NCBI GenBank assembly: GCA_963665275.2
Contig: CAXXIN010000018.1
Span: forward strand, 256,001 to 320,000
Reading direction: 5' to 3'
DNA from: Negativicutes bacterium
GTDB lineage: Bacteria > Bacillota > Negativicutes > UBA1444
DNA length: 64,000 nt
A model generated the notes under the pieces. The model was not told the origin of the DNA. It was given only the letters and a program-made list of their open reading frames with translations, and searched no databases. The position numbers and the translations under genes were made by a program. Positions 39,228 through 49,495 of the stretch are shown piece by piece (positions within the stretch are counted from its first letter, which is position 1; every line of letters starts with the position of its first letter).

Positions 39228-39950
39228 ATGAAACGTATTCTAAGGGTACTCCTGGTTTTAACTTTGCTGGTTGGATCAATGACATCAAGTTATGCCGCCG
39301 CTGCTGACAAGAACCTTGCTACCATCAGCGTGACGGGAAATGCCAAAATAGCTATAACACCTAATGTGGCATATTTGAATCTTGGTGTTACAACAACAGG
39401 CGCCGATGTCGAGCCGACTCGTACTGAAAATGAAAGTATTATGAGAAGAGTTATTGAGGGGCTTATTGCCCAGGGCGTTGATCGGAAAATGATAACCACT
39501 TCGCAGTTTTCCCTTCAACCTCTGTATAACAATGAAGGTCGTGACACTGTCCAGCGGATTAGCGGCTATCGTCTGCAAAACAATGTGACGGTAGCGATTG
39601 AAGAGCTGTCGTCTATTGGTACGGTGATTGATGCCGCATTTCGGGCTGGGGCCAATCAATTTCATGGACTTCGGTTTGGCCTGAAAAATGACAGCAATCT
39701 TAGGGATGAACTACTGCGTAAAGCTGTCCAGGATGGTCGGCGCAAAGCACTAATTATTGCCGATGCTCTGGATGTGACGTTGGGGAACCCTGTGTCTGTA
39801 TCCGAAGCAGGCGGATATGCGCCCATGCAAGCCGATTCGTATCAGATGATGAAGACTGCAACCGGTGCGCCGATCGAGGCCGGGATGCAAACGGTGAGTT
39901 TGGATGTCAATTTGGTTTTCAATATAGCGGAATCGAATTCAGCGAAGTAA
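39228..39950 (+). CDS. SIMPL (DUF541) domain protein
   Basis: Signal peptide, ISVTG, GYRLQNNV.V, AGANQ, AVQDGRRKA. Confidence 0.9.
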   Translation: MKRILRVLLVLTLLVGSMTSSYAAAADKNLATISVTGNAKIAITPNVAYLNLGVTTTGADVEPTRTENESIMRRVIEGLIAQGVDRKMITTSQFSLQPLYNNEGRDTVQRISGYRLQNNVTVAIEELSSIGTVIDAAFRAGANQFHGLRFGLKNDSNLRDELLRKAVQDGRRKALIIADALDVTLGNPVSVSEAGGYAPMQADSYQMMKTATGAPIEAGMQTVSLDVNLVFNIAESNSAK

Positions 39951-40166
39951 ATAGTTGTTGATAGGTCAATGACATGAAGACGCTGGAAAGTGGCGCTGCC
40001 TTGTGAGTGCCATTTTTCTATGAAGTGAATACAAAGTCTGAATACTCATTGCAGGATGTTGTTTGATTAAGATTGAACTATACAATAGATAATCGATAGG
40101 CTGCTAATTGCGAAATAATACTGCCAAAGAATAGAGCAAAATATATTATGAAAATGAGGGAAGCGA

Positions 40167-41231
40167 ATGGGCCCAGATCAGACATCTGAGGAGAAAGAGC
40201 ACAAACATCAACGGCGTGTTCGATATAAAGGCACTCACCCCAAGGCTTTTAAAGAAAAATATAAAGAACTGCGACCAGAGCAATATGCCGATGCTGTCGC
40301 CAAGGTGATTCAGAAGGGCAGCACTCCTGCCGGGATGCATCTTTCAATTTGCGTTAACGAAATCTTGGAATTGCTACAAATTACACCGGGACAAACCGGA
40401 TTGGACGCAACCTTGGGTTATGGCGGCCATGCGCTAGAGATGCTAAAATGTTTAAATTCAAAGGGGCATCTGTATGCAATTGATGTAGATCCTCTTGAAC
40501 TACCTCGTACCCAAGAACGGTTGGAGCGGTTGGGTTATGGCTCTGATATTTTAGAGATCAGACAAATGAACTTTTCTCAGATCGATCAAATTGCTGTCGA
40601 GGCGGGGCCCTTCAATTTTGTATTGGCAGATTTGGGCGTTTCCTCTATGCAAATAGACAATCCTGACAGAGGTTTTTCATTTCGATCTGAAGGTCCATTG
40701 GACTTGCGGCTTAATCCGCAAATGGGCAGTACTGCAGCAAATCGTTTAAAGAAAATGTCACTGGATGAATTACAGGATATGTTGGTCGAGAATGCGGATG
40801 AGCCTCATGCTGGAACCATTGCTCGCGCCATTATTTCATACCTTCAGCACGGAATCAGTATATCGACAACAACACAACTCCGAAATATCATCAAAGATGC
40901 GCTGAAATTTGTTCCCCAAATCAGTGCAGATGAGATAAAAAAATCCTGTCAACGAACCTTTCAAGCTCTACGGATCGATATCAACAAGGAATTTGAAGTT
41001 TTGGATGAATTTTTAGAGAAACTTCCTGATGTCATGGCTACGGGTGGACGTGTTGCGATACTTACATTTCATTCAGGAGAAGATCGTCGCGTCAAAAAAT
41101 CTTTTAAATATTTTTTGCGTGAAGGAGTATATCGTGAAATTGCGCCTGATCCAATCCGCCCATCGGCTGAAGAATGTCATGCCAATAGCCGTGCGCGTTC
41201 TGCTAAATTGCGGTGGGCAATCAAAGCATAA
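40167..41231 (+). CDS. rsmH: RsmH/MraW-family SAM methyltransferase, stand-alone paralog
   Basis: DATLGYGGH, ADLGVSSMQID...RGFS..GPLD.R, FQALRI, TFHSGEDRRVK, RARSAKLR; basic N-terminal extension. Confidence 0.85.
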   Translation: MGPDQTSEEKEHKHQRRVRYKGTHPKAFKEKYKELRPEQYADAVAKVIQKGSTPAGMHLSICVNEILELLQITPGQTGLDATLGYGGHALEMLKCLNSKGHLYAIDVDPLELPRTQERLERLGYGSDILEIRQMNFSQIDQIAVEAGPFNFVLADLGVSSMQIDNPDRGFSFRSEGPLDLRLNPQMGSTAANRLKKMSLDELQDMLVENADEPHAGTIARAIISYLQHGISISTTTQLRNIIKDALKFVPQISADEIKKSCQRTFQALRIDINKEFEVLDEFLEKLPDVMATGGRVAILTFHSGEDRRVKKSFKYFLREGVYREIAPDPIRPSAEECHANSRARSAKLRWAIKA

Positions 41232-41313
41232 ATATTGACATCATAGCGGAAAGCAATATTTTAGTAATAAATATTTTGATAGGATTTCTGCGGCAGGATA
41301 ATGCCGAGTTTGC

Positions 41314-42630
41314 TTGAAGATTATTAGAATGACAAATTATCGACGGATTGTTTTGCTAATTGTTTTTATTATGTATACGATTGTTTTTGGGAATCGAATC
41401 AGTATCGGAGTGACCATCCCGGCTCTCATCGGTGAGTTCGGCATGACGAACACGGAAGCAGGCGCATTGTCGGGCTTTTTCTTTCTTGGCTATTTCATCA
41501 CGCAAGTACCGGCAGGATTTTGGATTGCGCGATTTGGCAGCCGCGGGCTCGTAGGGCTTTCGTTGTTCCTGATGACTCTATTCCTCTGGCTGTTCGGATC
41601 GATGACCACTTTGGTGTTGGCGAGCTGGTACAGACTGGGATTGGGGTTGACGCAGGGACCCATTTCGGTCGGCGGCAATTCGATCATTAGTCAATGGTTT
41701 CCGCCCCAAGAACAGTCCAGAGCTGTTTCGGTCATGGTAGCGGCAACGATGTTGGCTCCGATCGTGTTTCCACCCTTTGCATCCTGGTTTATCGTCGAGT
41801 GGGGCTGGCGCACACTATACCAGATGTTTGCTCTGTCTGGGATCGTGGTGGCTGCATGGTGGAGCCTGTACATTCGATCCTGTCCGGAAGAATGCTTGCG
41901 TTGCTCCAAAGAAGAATTACAACTCATTCGGTTTTCGGAAGTTTTGCCGCCAGTGGTTCAGCGGATGAAGTTGCCGCCGGTGTTATCTCGTATTATCTTT
42001 ATTGGCAAAGTAGTGCAGGTAGCCGATAACAAGACAAAACTCTTCAAACGTCCGGATTTATGGCTGGCGATGCTCTCGTACTTTTTCATTGTGTCAGTAT
42101 TTTATGGCATCATTACCTGGTTGCCTTCATATTTTGTGCAGGTGCGCGGCCTGGACATGATCCAAATGGGTTGGGTCGTATCTGTTCCGTGGGTGGGCGC
42201 CCTGGCAGGAACTCTCGTTGGCGGCTGGGTGGTAGACCACTGGTTGGGTGGAAACCCACTGCCAGTTATGCGGTGGGGGAGTCTCTTCACATCCATTAGT
42301 CTGTATGGCTTTGCTGAAGCACCCGCAGGGTTGGGATGGACACAGGGATCGTTGCTGGTGGTCGGATTTTTTTTGGGCCTGACGCCGTTAGGTTTTATGA
42401 CGTATCCAATCCGTTTAGCGTCTCGCAGAGTATATCCTCTTGGACTTGCGTTCATGAATTCCGGCGGCAATATCGGCGGATTTTTATCGTCGGTAGTTGC
42501 GGGGATGTTGTTGGATCGGTTCGGCAGTTACTCAGTAGTTTTTCATTATTTTATCGCCTGCGGCGTTGTCGCAACGGTTTTGTCCCTGTTTGTGCGGACG
42601 CCGGTCGAAACCGTTGCCGATAATGGCTGA
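41314..42630 (+). CDS. MFS transporter (anion:cation symporter-like)
   Basis: FFLGYFITQVPAG, WFPPQE..RA, TWLPSY, N.GGN.GGF. Confidence 0.88.
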   Translation: MKIIRMTNYRRIVLLIVFIMYTIVFGNRISIGVTIPALIGEFGMTNTEAGALSGFFFLGYFITQVPAGFWIARFGSRGLVGLSLFLMTLFLWLFGSMTTLVLASWYRLGLGLTQGPISVGGNSIISQWFPPQEQSRAVSVMVAATMLAPIVFPPFASWFIVEWGWRTLYQMFALSGIVVAAWWSLYIRSCPEECLRCSKEELQLIRFSEVLPPVVQRMKLPPVLSRIIFIGKVVQVADNKTKLFKRPDLWLAMLSYFFIVSVFYGIITWLPSYFVQVRGLDMIQMGWVVSVPWVGALAGTLVGGWVVDHWLGGNPLPVMRWGSLFTSISLYGFAEAPAGLGWTQGSLLVVGFFLGLTPLGFMTYPIRLASRRVYPLGLAFMNSGGNIGGFLSSVVAGMLLDRFGSYSVVFHYFIACGVVATVLSLFVRTPVETVADNG

Positions 42631-42655
42631 AAAAAGTTCGAAGTGGTTAAAAATA

Positions 42656-42711
42656 TAAGAAAAGAGCGGCGGGATACTTAGTGCTAAGTTTTCCCGCCGC
42701 TCTTTTCTTAT
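42656..42711. terminator. Bidirectional terminator
   Basis: TAAGAAAAGAGCGGCGGGA...TCCCGCCGCTCTTTTCTTA between convergent genes. Confidence 0.85.
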
Positions 42712-42725
42712 TAATTGCAGATGGT

Positions 42726-44768
42726 TCAGATCCGGAATTTACTGATGGCTGTGTTCATTTCTTGGGCCAGCTGGGCCAGCGCTCGGCTAGAGGAAGCGAT
42801 TTCCTCCATGCCGGCCGATTGCTCCTCGGCAGCAGCCGAGATGTTACCGGCTTCACCGGCGGTTTTCTTGGCGGCGCTGTCAATTTCTTCTACAGAGTTG
42901 ACGATGCGCTGGCTACCGTTGGCGACTTGGTCGATTGCCTGTGAGGTTTGACGGATCTGTTCGGACACTTCCAATACTTTTTCAACGATCTTGTTGAAAG
43001 TTACGCCGGCGTTACTAACGACTTCGGTGCCGTGCCTTACGAGGCTTCCGGCTTCGTTGACGCCTTTGACCGCGTCGTCGGTATCCTTTTGTATTTCATT
43101 GATTAAGGTTGCGATCTGTTTCGCAGCTTCCGCCGATTGCTCAGCTAATTTGCGGACTTCTTCCGCGACCACAGCGAAGCCTCGTCCCTGTTCACCGGCC
43201 CGGGCGGCCTCGATTGCCGCGTTCAGCGCCAATAAGTTGGTTTGTCCGGCGATGCCGGAAATCGTGGAGACAAATAACCCAATTTCCTTGGAGCGTTCGC
43301 CCAGTTTTCCGACGAGCTCACCGGTGCGGTTGGAAGCGGCTTCGATATTGCGGATTTCTGTGACGGCGTTGCTGACGTCTTTACCGCCGGATTGCGCCAG
43401 GGAAGCTGTTGCATCAGAGGAGATCACGATGCTTTGCACGGTAGCGGACACTTCCTCGATGCTGGCCGAAATTTCCGATACCACTGCGGCAGCGTCCCCA
43501 ACTGAACGCAACTGCTTCTGGACCTGATCTGTTACTTCCACTGATGATTCAGCGACGTGTGTGGCGGCATTAGCCGATTCATCGGCACTTGCAGTTAGTT
43601 CTTCACTGGCGGCGGCAACTTGCTGAGCTTGAGATTGAATCTGCCGCACCAAGTCACGCAAGTTGTTGTTCATCAGGATGACGTTATCAGAGAGCTGGCC
43701 AAATTCGCTTTTGTCATTTATTGTTTTCGCAATTTCTTTCAGATTTCCCTGTGAAATATCCTGTACGACGGCAGCTACGCGTACTATGGGGCGAACGAAT
43801 GCTCCGCTGACCCACAGAGTCGCGCCCAGCGCAATCAAAAGACTGATCACGGACAAGATGAGGATGATACGGGTTAATGCTGAGGTTTCACTGGTTGCAT
43901 CCTCCAATGTGGTGGACAGGACCAGTACCCAGCGCTGGCCGCCAGGAAGGTCGATCGGGGAGAGTGAGCCTGCCTGCTGAATACCGGCAGTGGACTTATA
44001 GAATACGCGGGTACGCACATCTTTTTCGGCGGCTTCTTTGAATTTGGCGATGAGCTGGGGATCCAACTTGACTGACGTTCCCAGCTTTTGCTGAAGCGCT
44101 GCTGACATCTCGCCTGTTCTCATGTTCGCGTTTCCTACCTGTTCGGGGCGGGTTGGATGGGCCAGATAGGTCCCGCTGTCATCCACAATGAACCCATAGC
44201 CTTTTTCACGGTATTTAATGGATTTGACGATGGTTGTCATATTATCGAGTGTGTATACGCCGCCTAAAACTCCGACGAACTGCCCGTTGCGCATTACCGG
44301 AACCGCCATTACCAGTGCGGATTTGTTACTGATGCGTGACGTCAAAACATCTGAAACATAGGGCTTCTTGGTATCCATGACTTTTTTAAAATAATCACGG
44401 TCGGCAAGGCTCACGGCTGTACCGGTTTCACTCAGCGACATTCCGTCCGGCGAGACAAACACGATACTTTCAAATTTGCCGATGCGTTTATGCGCTTCAG
44501 AGAGCGCCGGCTGGATCTGCACCTTGTCGCCGGTTTGCATACGGGCTATGCTCGCAAGATCCTCCAACTGCAAAGAGAGCATTTCAATATCGGTTTTTAT
44601 CCGCAACGAAACGTTGGTTGCTACTGCTTCTTCTGTGGCATCGATACTTGCTGATAAATATTGACTGGCATAGTAATAGCTGGTTCCTGCTACGATGACA
44701 AGTGCGCTGGCTATTAAGGAGGCAATGATCATCATAAGACGAAATCGGATGCTGTGGTACCATTTCAT
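42726..44768 (-). CDS. Methyl-accepting chemotaxis protein (dCache-HAMP-MA)
   Basis: [43 protein letters not shown]. Confidence 0.95.
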   Translation of the reverse strand: MKWYHSIRFRLMMIIASLIASALVIVAGTSYYYASQYLSASIDATEEAVATNVSLRIKTDIEMLSLQLEDLASIARMQTGDKVQIQPALSEAHKRIGKFESIVFVSPDGMSLSETGTAVSLADRDYFKKVMDTKKPYVSDVLTSRISNKSALVMAVPVMRNGQFVGVLGGVYTLDNMTTIVKSIKYREKGYGFIVDDSGTYLAHPTRPEQVGNANMRTGEMSAALQQKLGTSVKLDPQLIAKFKEAAEKDVRTRVFYKSTAGIQQAGSLSPIDLPGGQRWVLVLSTTLEDATSETSALTRIILILSVISLLIALGATLWVSGAFVRPIVRVAAVVQDISQGNLKEIAKTINDKSEFGQLSDNVILMNNNLRDLVRQIQSQAQQVAAASEELTASADESANAATHVAESSVEVTDQVQKQLRSVGDAAAVVSEISASIEEVSATVQSIVISSDATASLAQSGGKDVSNAVTEIRNIEAASNRTGELVGKLGERSKEIGLFVSTISGIAGQTNLLALNAAIEAARAGEQGRGFAVVAEEVRKLAEQSAEAAKQIATLINEIQKDTDDAVKGVNEAGSLVRHGTEVVSNAGVTFNKIVEKVLEVSEQIRQTSQAIDQVANGSQRIVNSVEEIDSAAKKTAGEAGNISAAAEEQSAGMEEIASSSRALAQLAQEMNTAISKFRI

Positions 44769-44783
44769 ATCGGTCACTCCTTC

Positions 44784-45398
44784 TTAATCTATTGGTTTGT
44801 TTTTGCAGGCCCAACTCTGGTGAAAGTGTTCAACGATCTGTGCCTTTTTATCGGTGATGTTCCAGGAGAAATCATCAAGGGACCATTCGTGTATCAGGAG
44901 GTAAAACACTCCCATGAAACTCATCGATGCAGCTTCGATGTCTAAATCTGAATGGAAGTGGTCGCCATGGATTCCTTCTTCGATAATTTGTCTCACGCAA
45001 CCGCGACCTTCGCTTGCCAAGGTGCGTGCAATTTGTTTTAGAGAATCGGAAGGCGCTGCCAGGTGAATCTGTTCGGAAAATAGGATGCGGGATATTCCAC
45101 GCGTTTGTTGAATAAATTCAAGATGGAAGGCAATAAGTTTCTCGATTTTTTCGAAAGGAGAGATGGATTCGGCGACGATGGAGGATGTGGATTTCTGAAA
45201 GCCAACACAGGTTCGTTGCAGAAGTTCTGACAGTATGGCATGTTTGTTAGAAAAATGCCGATAGATGATCGTTTCCGCGGTTCCGCTCGCTCGGGCAATT
45301 TTGGCGGTTGTCAGTTCATTGAGTCCGTAATTTTGCACGAGATCGAACGTGGCATTTAGAATATCTTCCCGCTTGTTACCGGACGGAACCATCGTCAA
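44784..45398 (-). CDS. TetR/AcrR family regulator
   Basis: ILNAT.DL....G....TTAKIA..SG.....IYRHF.NK. Confidence 0.9.
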   Translation of the reverse strand: MTMVPSGNKREDILNATFDLVQNYGLNELTTAKIARASGTAETIIYRHFSNKHAILSELLQRTCVGFQKSTSSIVAESISPFEKIEKLIAFHLEFIQQTRGISRILFSEQIHLAAPSDSLKQIARTLASEGRGCVRQIIEEGIHGDHFHSDLDIEAASMSFMGVFYLLIHEWSLDDFSWNITDKKAQIVEHFHQSWACKNKPID

Positions 45399-45414
45399 AA
45401 TCCCCCTAACATAG

Positions 45415-45436
45415 TAAGTAAGTAATCACTTACTTA
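45415..45436. promoter_or_regulatory. Putative TetR operator
   Basis: TAAGTAAGTAATCACTTACTTA near-perfect palindrome just upstream of tetR. Confidence 0.65.
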
Positions 45437-45606
45437 TCATGTTATCGTATAACTAGAAGACTTTCAATATAGCATGCAAAAAATATTATTTAATTATTTT
45501 GCGGGAGAGGATATGAGATTTTCGCAGGAGGTTTCAGTCCCTTTGGGGAATTAAACAAATGGCCATAAAATAATTCAATGAAATGGCAGTTCGGAGATGT
45601 GTCAAA

Positions 45607-46305
45607 ATGGCATTGATCAAAAAGAAAAAACTGTATGAAGAAGTTATTCTGGGAATTGAAGAGATGCTCAGGTCCAATAATATGCAAGCCGGTGACAGAC
45701 TTCAGTCCGAGAAGGAATTATCGCTATATTTCGGTGTGAGTAAAACGGCAGTCAGGGAAGCATTGAGCGCGTTGCAAACAGCTGGCTTAATCGAAGTGAA
45801 ACATGGGTCAGGAATCTTTGTCAAAAATGTGAATGAGAAACTGGCCAATCCCCTGACGATGAAGCTATTGACAGATCGTGACAATCTGTTCGGGATATTG
45901 GAACTGCGCAAAGGCCTGGAGGCAGAAGGCTTATTTTTGGCTGCCCAACGCGTTGACGCATCCGATATTGCGACGATCAAAACCTGTTTGTTGGCAATGG
46001 CGGAAGCGGTGGAGCGCGGCGAAAATGCTGCGCAGGAAGATCTGAACTTTCATTGCGCCCTAATCAAGGCGACGCATAATCAGGCCTACAGTAATATTTT
46101 TGATACGATTGCCAGTGTATTTCTTGAAGGGATGTCTGCCTGTCACGACTATTTTTTGCTGCATCCGGGCCCCTGTTTGATTGTATTGGAGGAACACCGC
46201 CTGATCTATGAAGCAGTAAAAAAGAGACAACCAGAGAGGGCTCGAGATCTGATGCGAGCACATTTGGAGAATATTGAATTGACTTTGCGCGAGTTGCTTG
46301 TATGA
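45607..46305 (+). CDS. FadR/GntR family regulator
   Basis: GDRLQSEKEL..FGVSKTAVREAL, ELRKGLE, FHCAL, EEH..IYEA. Confidence 0.92.
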   Translation: MALIKKKKLYEEVILGIEEMLRSNNMQAGDRLQSEKELSLYFGVSKTAVREALSALQTAGLIEVKHGSGIFVKNVNEKLANPLTMKLLTDRDNLFGILELRKGLEAEGLFLAAQRVDASDIATIKTCLLAMAEAVERGENAAQEDLNFHCALIKATHNQAYSNIFDTIASVFLEGMSACHDYFLLHPGPCLIVLEEHRLIYEAVKKRQPERARDLMRAHLENIELTLRELLV

Positions 46306-48383
46306 ATAAACCTATATTCCAGAATGAGACGCCGTTGCCTGAGAATATGGTGGTGCGTCCCCGTCGGGCCGCCGCACACATCGCTATAGGCTATGCTGCT
46401 GCAGGTTTGCTCTGGATATTGACTTCCGACAGTTTTATGCCATACCTTACAAAGGATATAGAAACCATGGTTATTCTGAATAGCGCTAAAGGAGCACTGT
46501 TCATTTTTGTGACTGCGGTGAGTCTATTCATTTTGGTTTATTCACAGCTGCTTCAAATCGGCAAAGCCCAGAACCAGTATGTTGAGAGTGTACGGGAACT
46601 GGAGAATGCCCATGAAGCGCTCATCGCTTCAGAAGAGGAATTGCGTCAGCAGTTCGATGAGCTGTCTCTCAAAACAAACTTGATCGATGAAAAAGATCAA
46701 GAAATGTGGTCTTTATTTGAAAATATGCGTGATGTTTTTGGGGCTCATGAAATCATTCTTGATGCACAGGGAAAGGCGGTGGATTATCGTTATCTGGTCG
46801 TCAACCCTGCTTATGAAAAATTGCTCCAACGGACAAACAGTGAGCTGCTCGGCCATTGTGTAACGGAGATTGTTCCGGAAATTGATCCGGAGTTTATCAC
46901 AGCATGCGGGGACGTTGCTCTCACCGGCAATTCAAAGAAAATGAATATTTTTTCGAAGATGTTTCAAAAACATCTTTTAGTATCTCTTTACAGTCCCAGA
47001 CCTGGACGATTTGCGATCCTGGCCACAGATATCACAGAAGAAAAAATGCATGAGAAGACAGTACAACGGCTAGCCTACTACGACAAACTTACAGGACTTC
47101 CCAACCGGGAAAAGCTGGCGGAAGTTTTGAACCATGAACTGGAAGGCAAGACTGGGAAAGAAAATGCAGGCGCACTGTTCTATATTGATATGGATGATCT
47201 GAAACTTGTTAATGATTCTTATGGGCATAGCTATGGCGACGCTATGATCATTACGGCGGCCATGAACCTGGCGAGCCTGACAGAGTACGGATCTACCGTG
47301 GCCCGAGTCGGTGGCGACGAATTCATCGTTTTGATTCCGGGCCTGTCCGATCCTCAGGAGCTTGAAGAGCTGGCGCAGACTTTTCTTGAAACGTTGAGCT
47401 GTGAGTATGAAGTGAAAGAGTTGTGGTTTCATGCGTCGGCCAGCATCGGGATTGTACTGTATCCTCAGGATGGGCAAACCGTTGAAGAATTGCTTCGCAA
47501 TGCCGATGCTGCGCTCTATGAAGCCAAGCGCAGCGGCAAACGATGCTGGCGTTTTTTCCGACCGGCAATGCAAGAAGCGGCCTTTGGCAATATGCTGCTG
47601 CTCAACGGGTTGCGCAATGCGCTTGCGAATCATGAGCTTGAAGTTTACTATCAACCGCAAATTTCTCTGACCGATGGCCGTGTGGTTGGATTTGAGGCTC
47701 TTCTGAGGTGGCGGAGCCCCTTGCATGGAAATGTTTCTCCGGCGCAGTTCATTCCTTTGGCTGAAAAGAGCCATCTTATTGATTCGATCGGCGCCTGGGT
47801 AATACGCGAGGCTTGTGAATTTTCCCGCAGACTGGTCCGGCAAGGATATCCGGGAATCCGAGTCGCTGTCAATGTCTCTCCCCGTCAGTTAATTGCCCCA
47901 AATTTCATCCGTATTATTCGGGATTCCTTCAATGAGGTGGAGTTGGAAGCAACCCGCCTGGAAATCGAAATCACGGAAAACGTCTTCATCGAATCGATGG
48001 ATGATAGTGTCCGGACATTGAATGAATTGCAAGCCATGGGCGTCCATTTGTCATTGGACGATTTTGGCGCCGGCTATTCGTCGTTGACCTATTTGCGAAG
48101 ATTGCCAGTTCAGACGCTGAAAATTGATAAATCGTTCATTGATTCGATTTTGACGGATCAAGTTCACTCCAATTTAATTGAGTCTATTATTGATATGGCT
48201 CACATTCTGGGACTTTCAGTCGTGGCCGAGGGCGTTGAAACCTCAGCACAGCTTGATCGGTTGGCTCAGTGCGGATGCGATACGATCCAGGGCTACTTGG
48301 TGAGCCGGGCGGTCCCTGAACAGACCGCGCTTGAGTTTCTAACAGATACCGCCTGGGCCGCCAGAATTCAAAAAATGCAATAA
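46302..48383 (+). CDS. Membrane PAS-GGDEF-EAL c-di-GMP enzyme
   Basis: YYDKLTGLPNR, GGDEF, YQPQ, EALLRW, DDFGAGYSSL, AEGVE. Confidence 0.93.
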   Translation: MNKPIFQNETPLPENMVVRPRRAAAHIAIGYAAAGLLWILTSDSFMPYLTKDIETMVILNSAKGALFIFVTAVSLFILVYSQLLQIGKAQNQYVESVRELENAHEALIASEEELRQQFDELSLKTNLIDEKDQEMWSLFENMRDVFGAHEIILDAQGKAVDYRYLVVNPAYEKLLQRTNSELLGHCVTEIVPEIDPEFITACGDVALTGNSKKMNIFSKMFQKHLLVSLYSPRPGRFAILATDITEEKMHEKTVQRLAYYDKLTGLPNREKLAEVLNHELEGKTGKENAGALFYIDMDDLKLVNDSYGHSYGDAMIITAAMNLASLTEYGSTVARVGGDEFIVLIPGLSDPQELEELAQTFLETLSCEYEVKELWFHASASIGIVLYPQDGQTVEELLRNADAALYEAKRSGKRCWRFFRPAMQEAAFGNMLLLNGLRNALANHELEVYYQPQISLTDGRVVGFEALLRWRSPLHGNVSPAQFIPLAEKSHLIDSIGAWVIREACEFSRRLVRQGYPGIRVAVNVSPRQLIAPNFIRIIRDSFNEVELEATRLEIEITENVFIESMDDSVRTLNELQAMGVHLSLDDFGAGYSSLTYLRRLPVQTLKIDKSFIDSILTDQVHSNLIESIIDMAHILGLSVVAEGVETSAQLDRLAQCGCDTIQGYLVSRAVPEQTALEFLTDTAWAARIQKMQ

Positions 48384-48411
48384 CCGGTAGGAAGTGTAGG
48401 TAAGGTATAAA

Positions 48412-49116
48412 ATGGATACGCATAGGCAAAAAGTCCATACAGTTTTTACGCGCATTGCCAGTCGATATGACTCAATGAATACGATTTTGAGCTTGAATCT
48501 TGATAAATCCTGGCGTCGACGGACGTTACAGGCTGCAGCGCCCCAACCGGGCGAACAATGGCTGGATGTGTGTTGCGGAACCGGCAAACTAACGCTGGAA
48601 ATACGGCGGATTCTGGGCGACACAGGAGAGGTAACCGGACTGGATTTTAATTCGTCCATGCTGGAGGTCGCCAAACGAGCCGAGACGCAGGTGAAACTTG
48701 TCAGAGCGGTTCGGTGGATGGAAGCAGATGCCATGGAATTGCCATTTGAAGATAAATCTTTTGATGGGATTACGATCGGATTTGGCTTGCGCAACCTGCC
48801 CGATATCGACAAAGGAATCGTTGAGATGGCCCGCGTGTTACGACCCGGTGGCAGGTGGGTCTGCCTTGAATTGTCGCATCCTGTCTGGCCGATTTTCCGA
48901 CAGGGTCATGGGTTCTTCGTGCGTTATGTTGTTCCGCGGGTCGGCAATTTGGGACTCGGAGACCAGACGGATTATCAATGGTTGCCGGAATCTTTGCGAA
49001 AATTTCCGGGAGCGGAAGAGTTAGCGGACCGGATTCGCCAGGCCAAGTTGACCGATGTGAGGTATGAACGTCTCAGCGGAGGGATCGCTGCGGTACATGT
49101 CGGCTATAAGAGATGA
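48412..49116 (+). CDS. menG: Demethylmenaquinone methyltransferase (MenG/UbiE)
   Basis: VF..IA..YD.MN, LDVCCGTG, GFGLRN, RVLRPGG, Y.WL.ES. Confidence 0.85.
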   Translation: MDTHRQKVHTVFTRIASRYDSMNTILSLNLDKSWRRRTLQAAAPQPGEQWLDVCCGTGKLTLEIRRILGDTGEVTGLDFNSSMLEVAKRAETQVKLVRAVRWMEADAMELPFEDKSFDGITIGFGLRNLPDIDKGIVEMARVLRPGGRWVCLELSHPVWPIFRQGHGFFVRYVVPRVGNLGLGDQTDYQWLPESLRKFPGAEELADRIRQAKLTDVRYERLSGGIAAVHVGYKR

Positions 49117-49195
49117 ACTTTCAGCAGGATTTTTGGGGTTGGACGGAAAATAACTATATTCAGAGGATCAAACAAATTGAAGGGAGTCAAGGCTA

Positions 49196-49495
49196 ATGGC
49201 TATTGTGGAAGTAACAATCGCGCCACTGGGGACTTCGTCCACTAGTCTGAGCCGGTACGTTGCCGGTTGCCATAAGATTTTGATGGCGGCATCTGATCTG
49301 AAATACGAACTGAATGCGATGGGAACAGTGATCGAAGGCGACCTGAGCCGGATTTTGGAAGTGGTGCGCCAGATGCATGAAGTTCCTTTTGACGCAGGCG
49401 CCCAAAGAGTCTCAACGTTGATTCGGATTGATGATCGACGGGACAAAGCGTCTACGATGAGCGCGAAAATTCAGGCGGTGAAAGATAAACTTTGA
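49196..49495 (+). CDS. MTH1187/thiamine-binding family protein
   Basis: PLGT.STS.S.YV, MGTVIEG, RV.T.I.ID.RRDK. Confidence 0.88.
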   Translation: MAIVEVTIAPLGTSSTSLSRYVAGCHKILMAASDLKYELNAMGTVIEGDLSRILEVVRQMHEVPFDAGAQRVSTLIRIDDRRDKASTMSAKIQAVKDKL

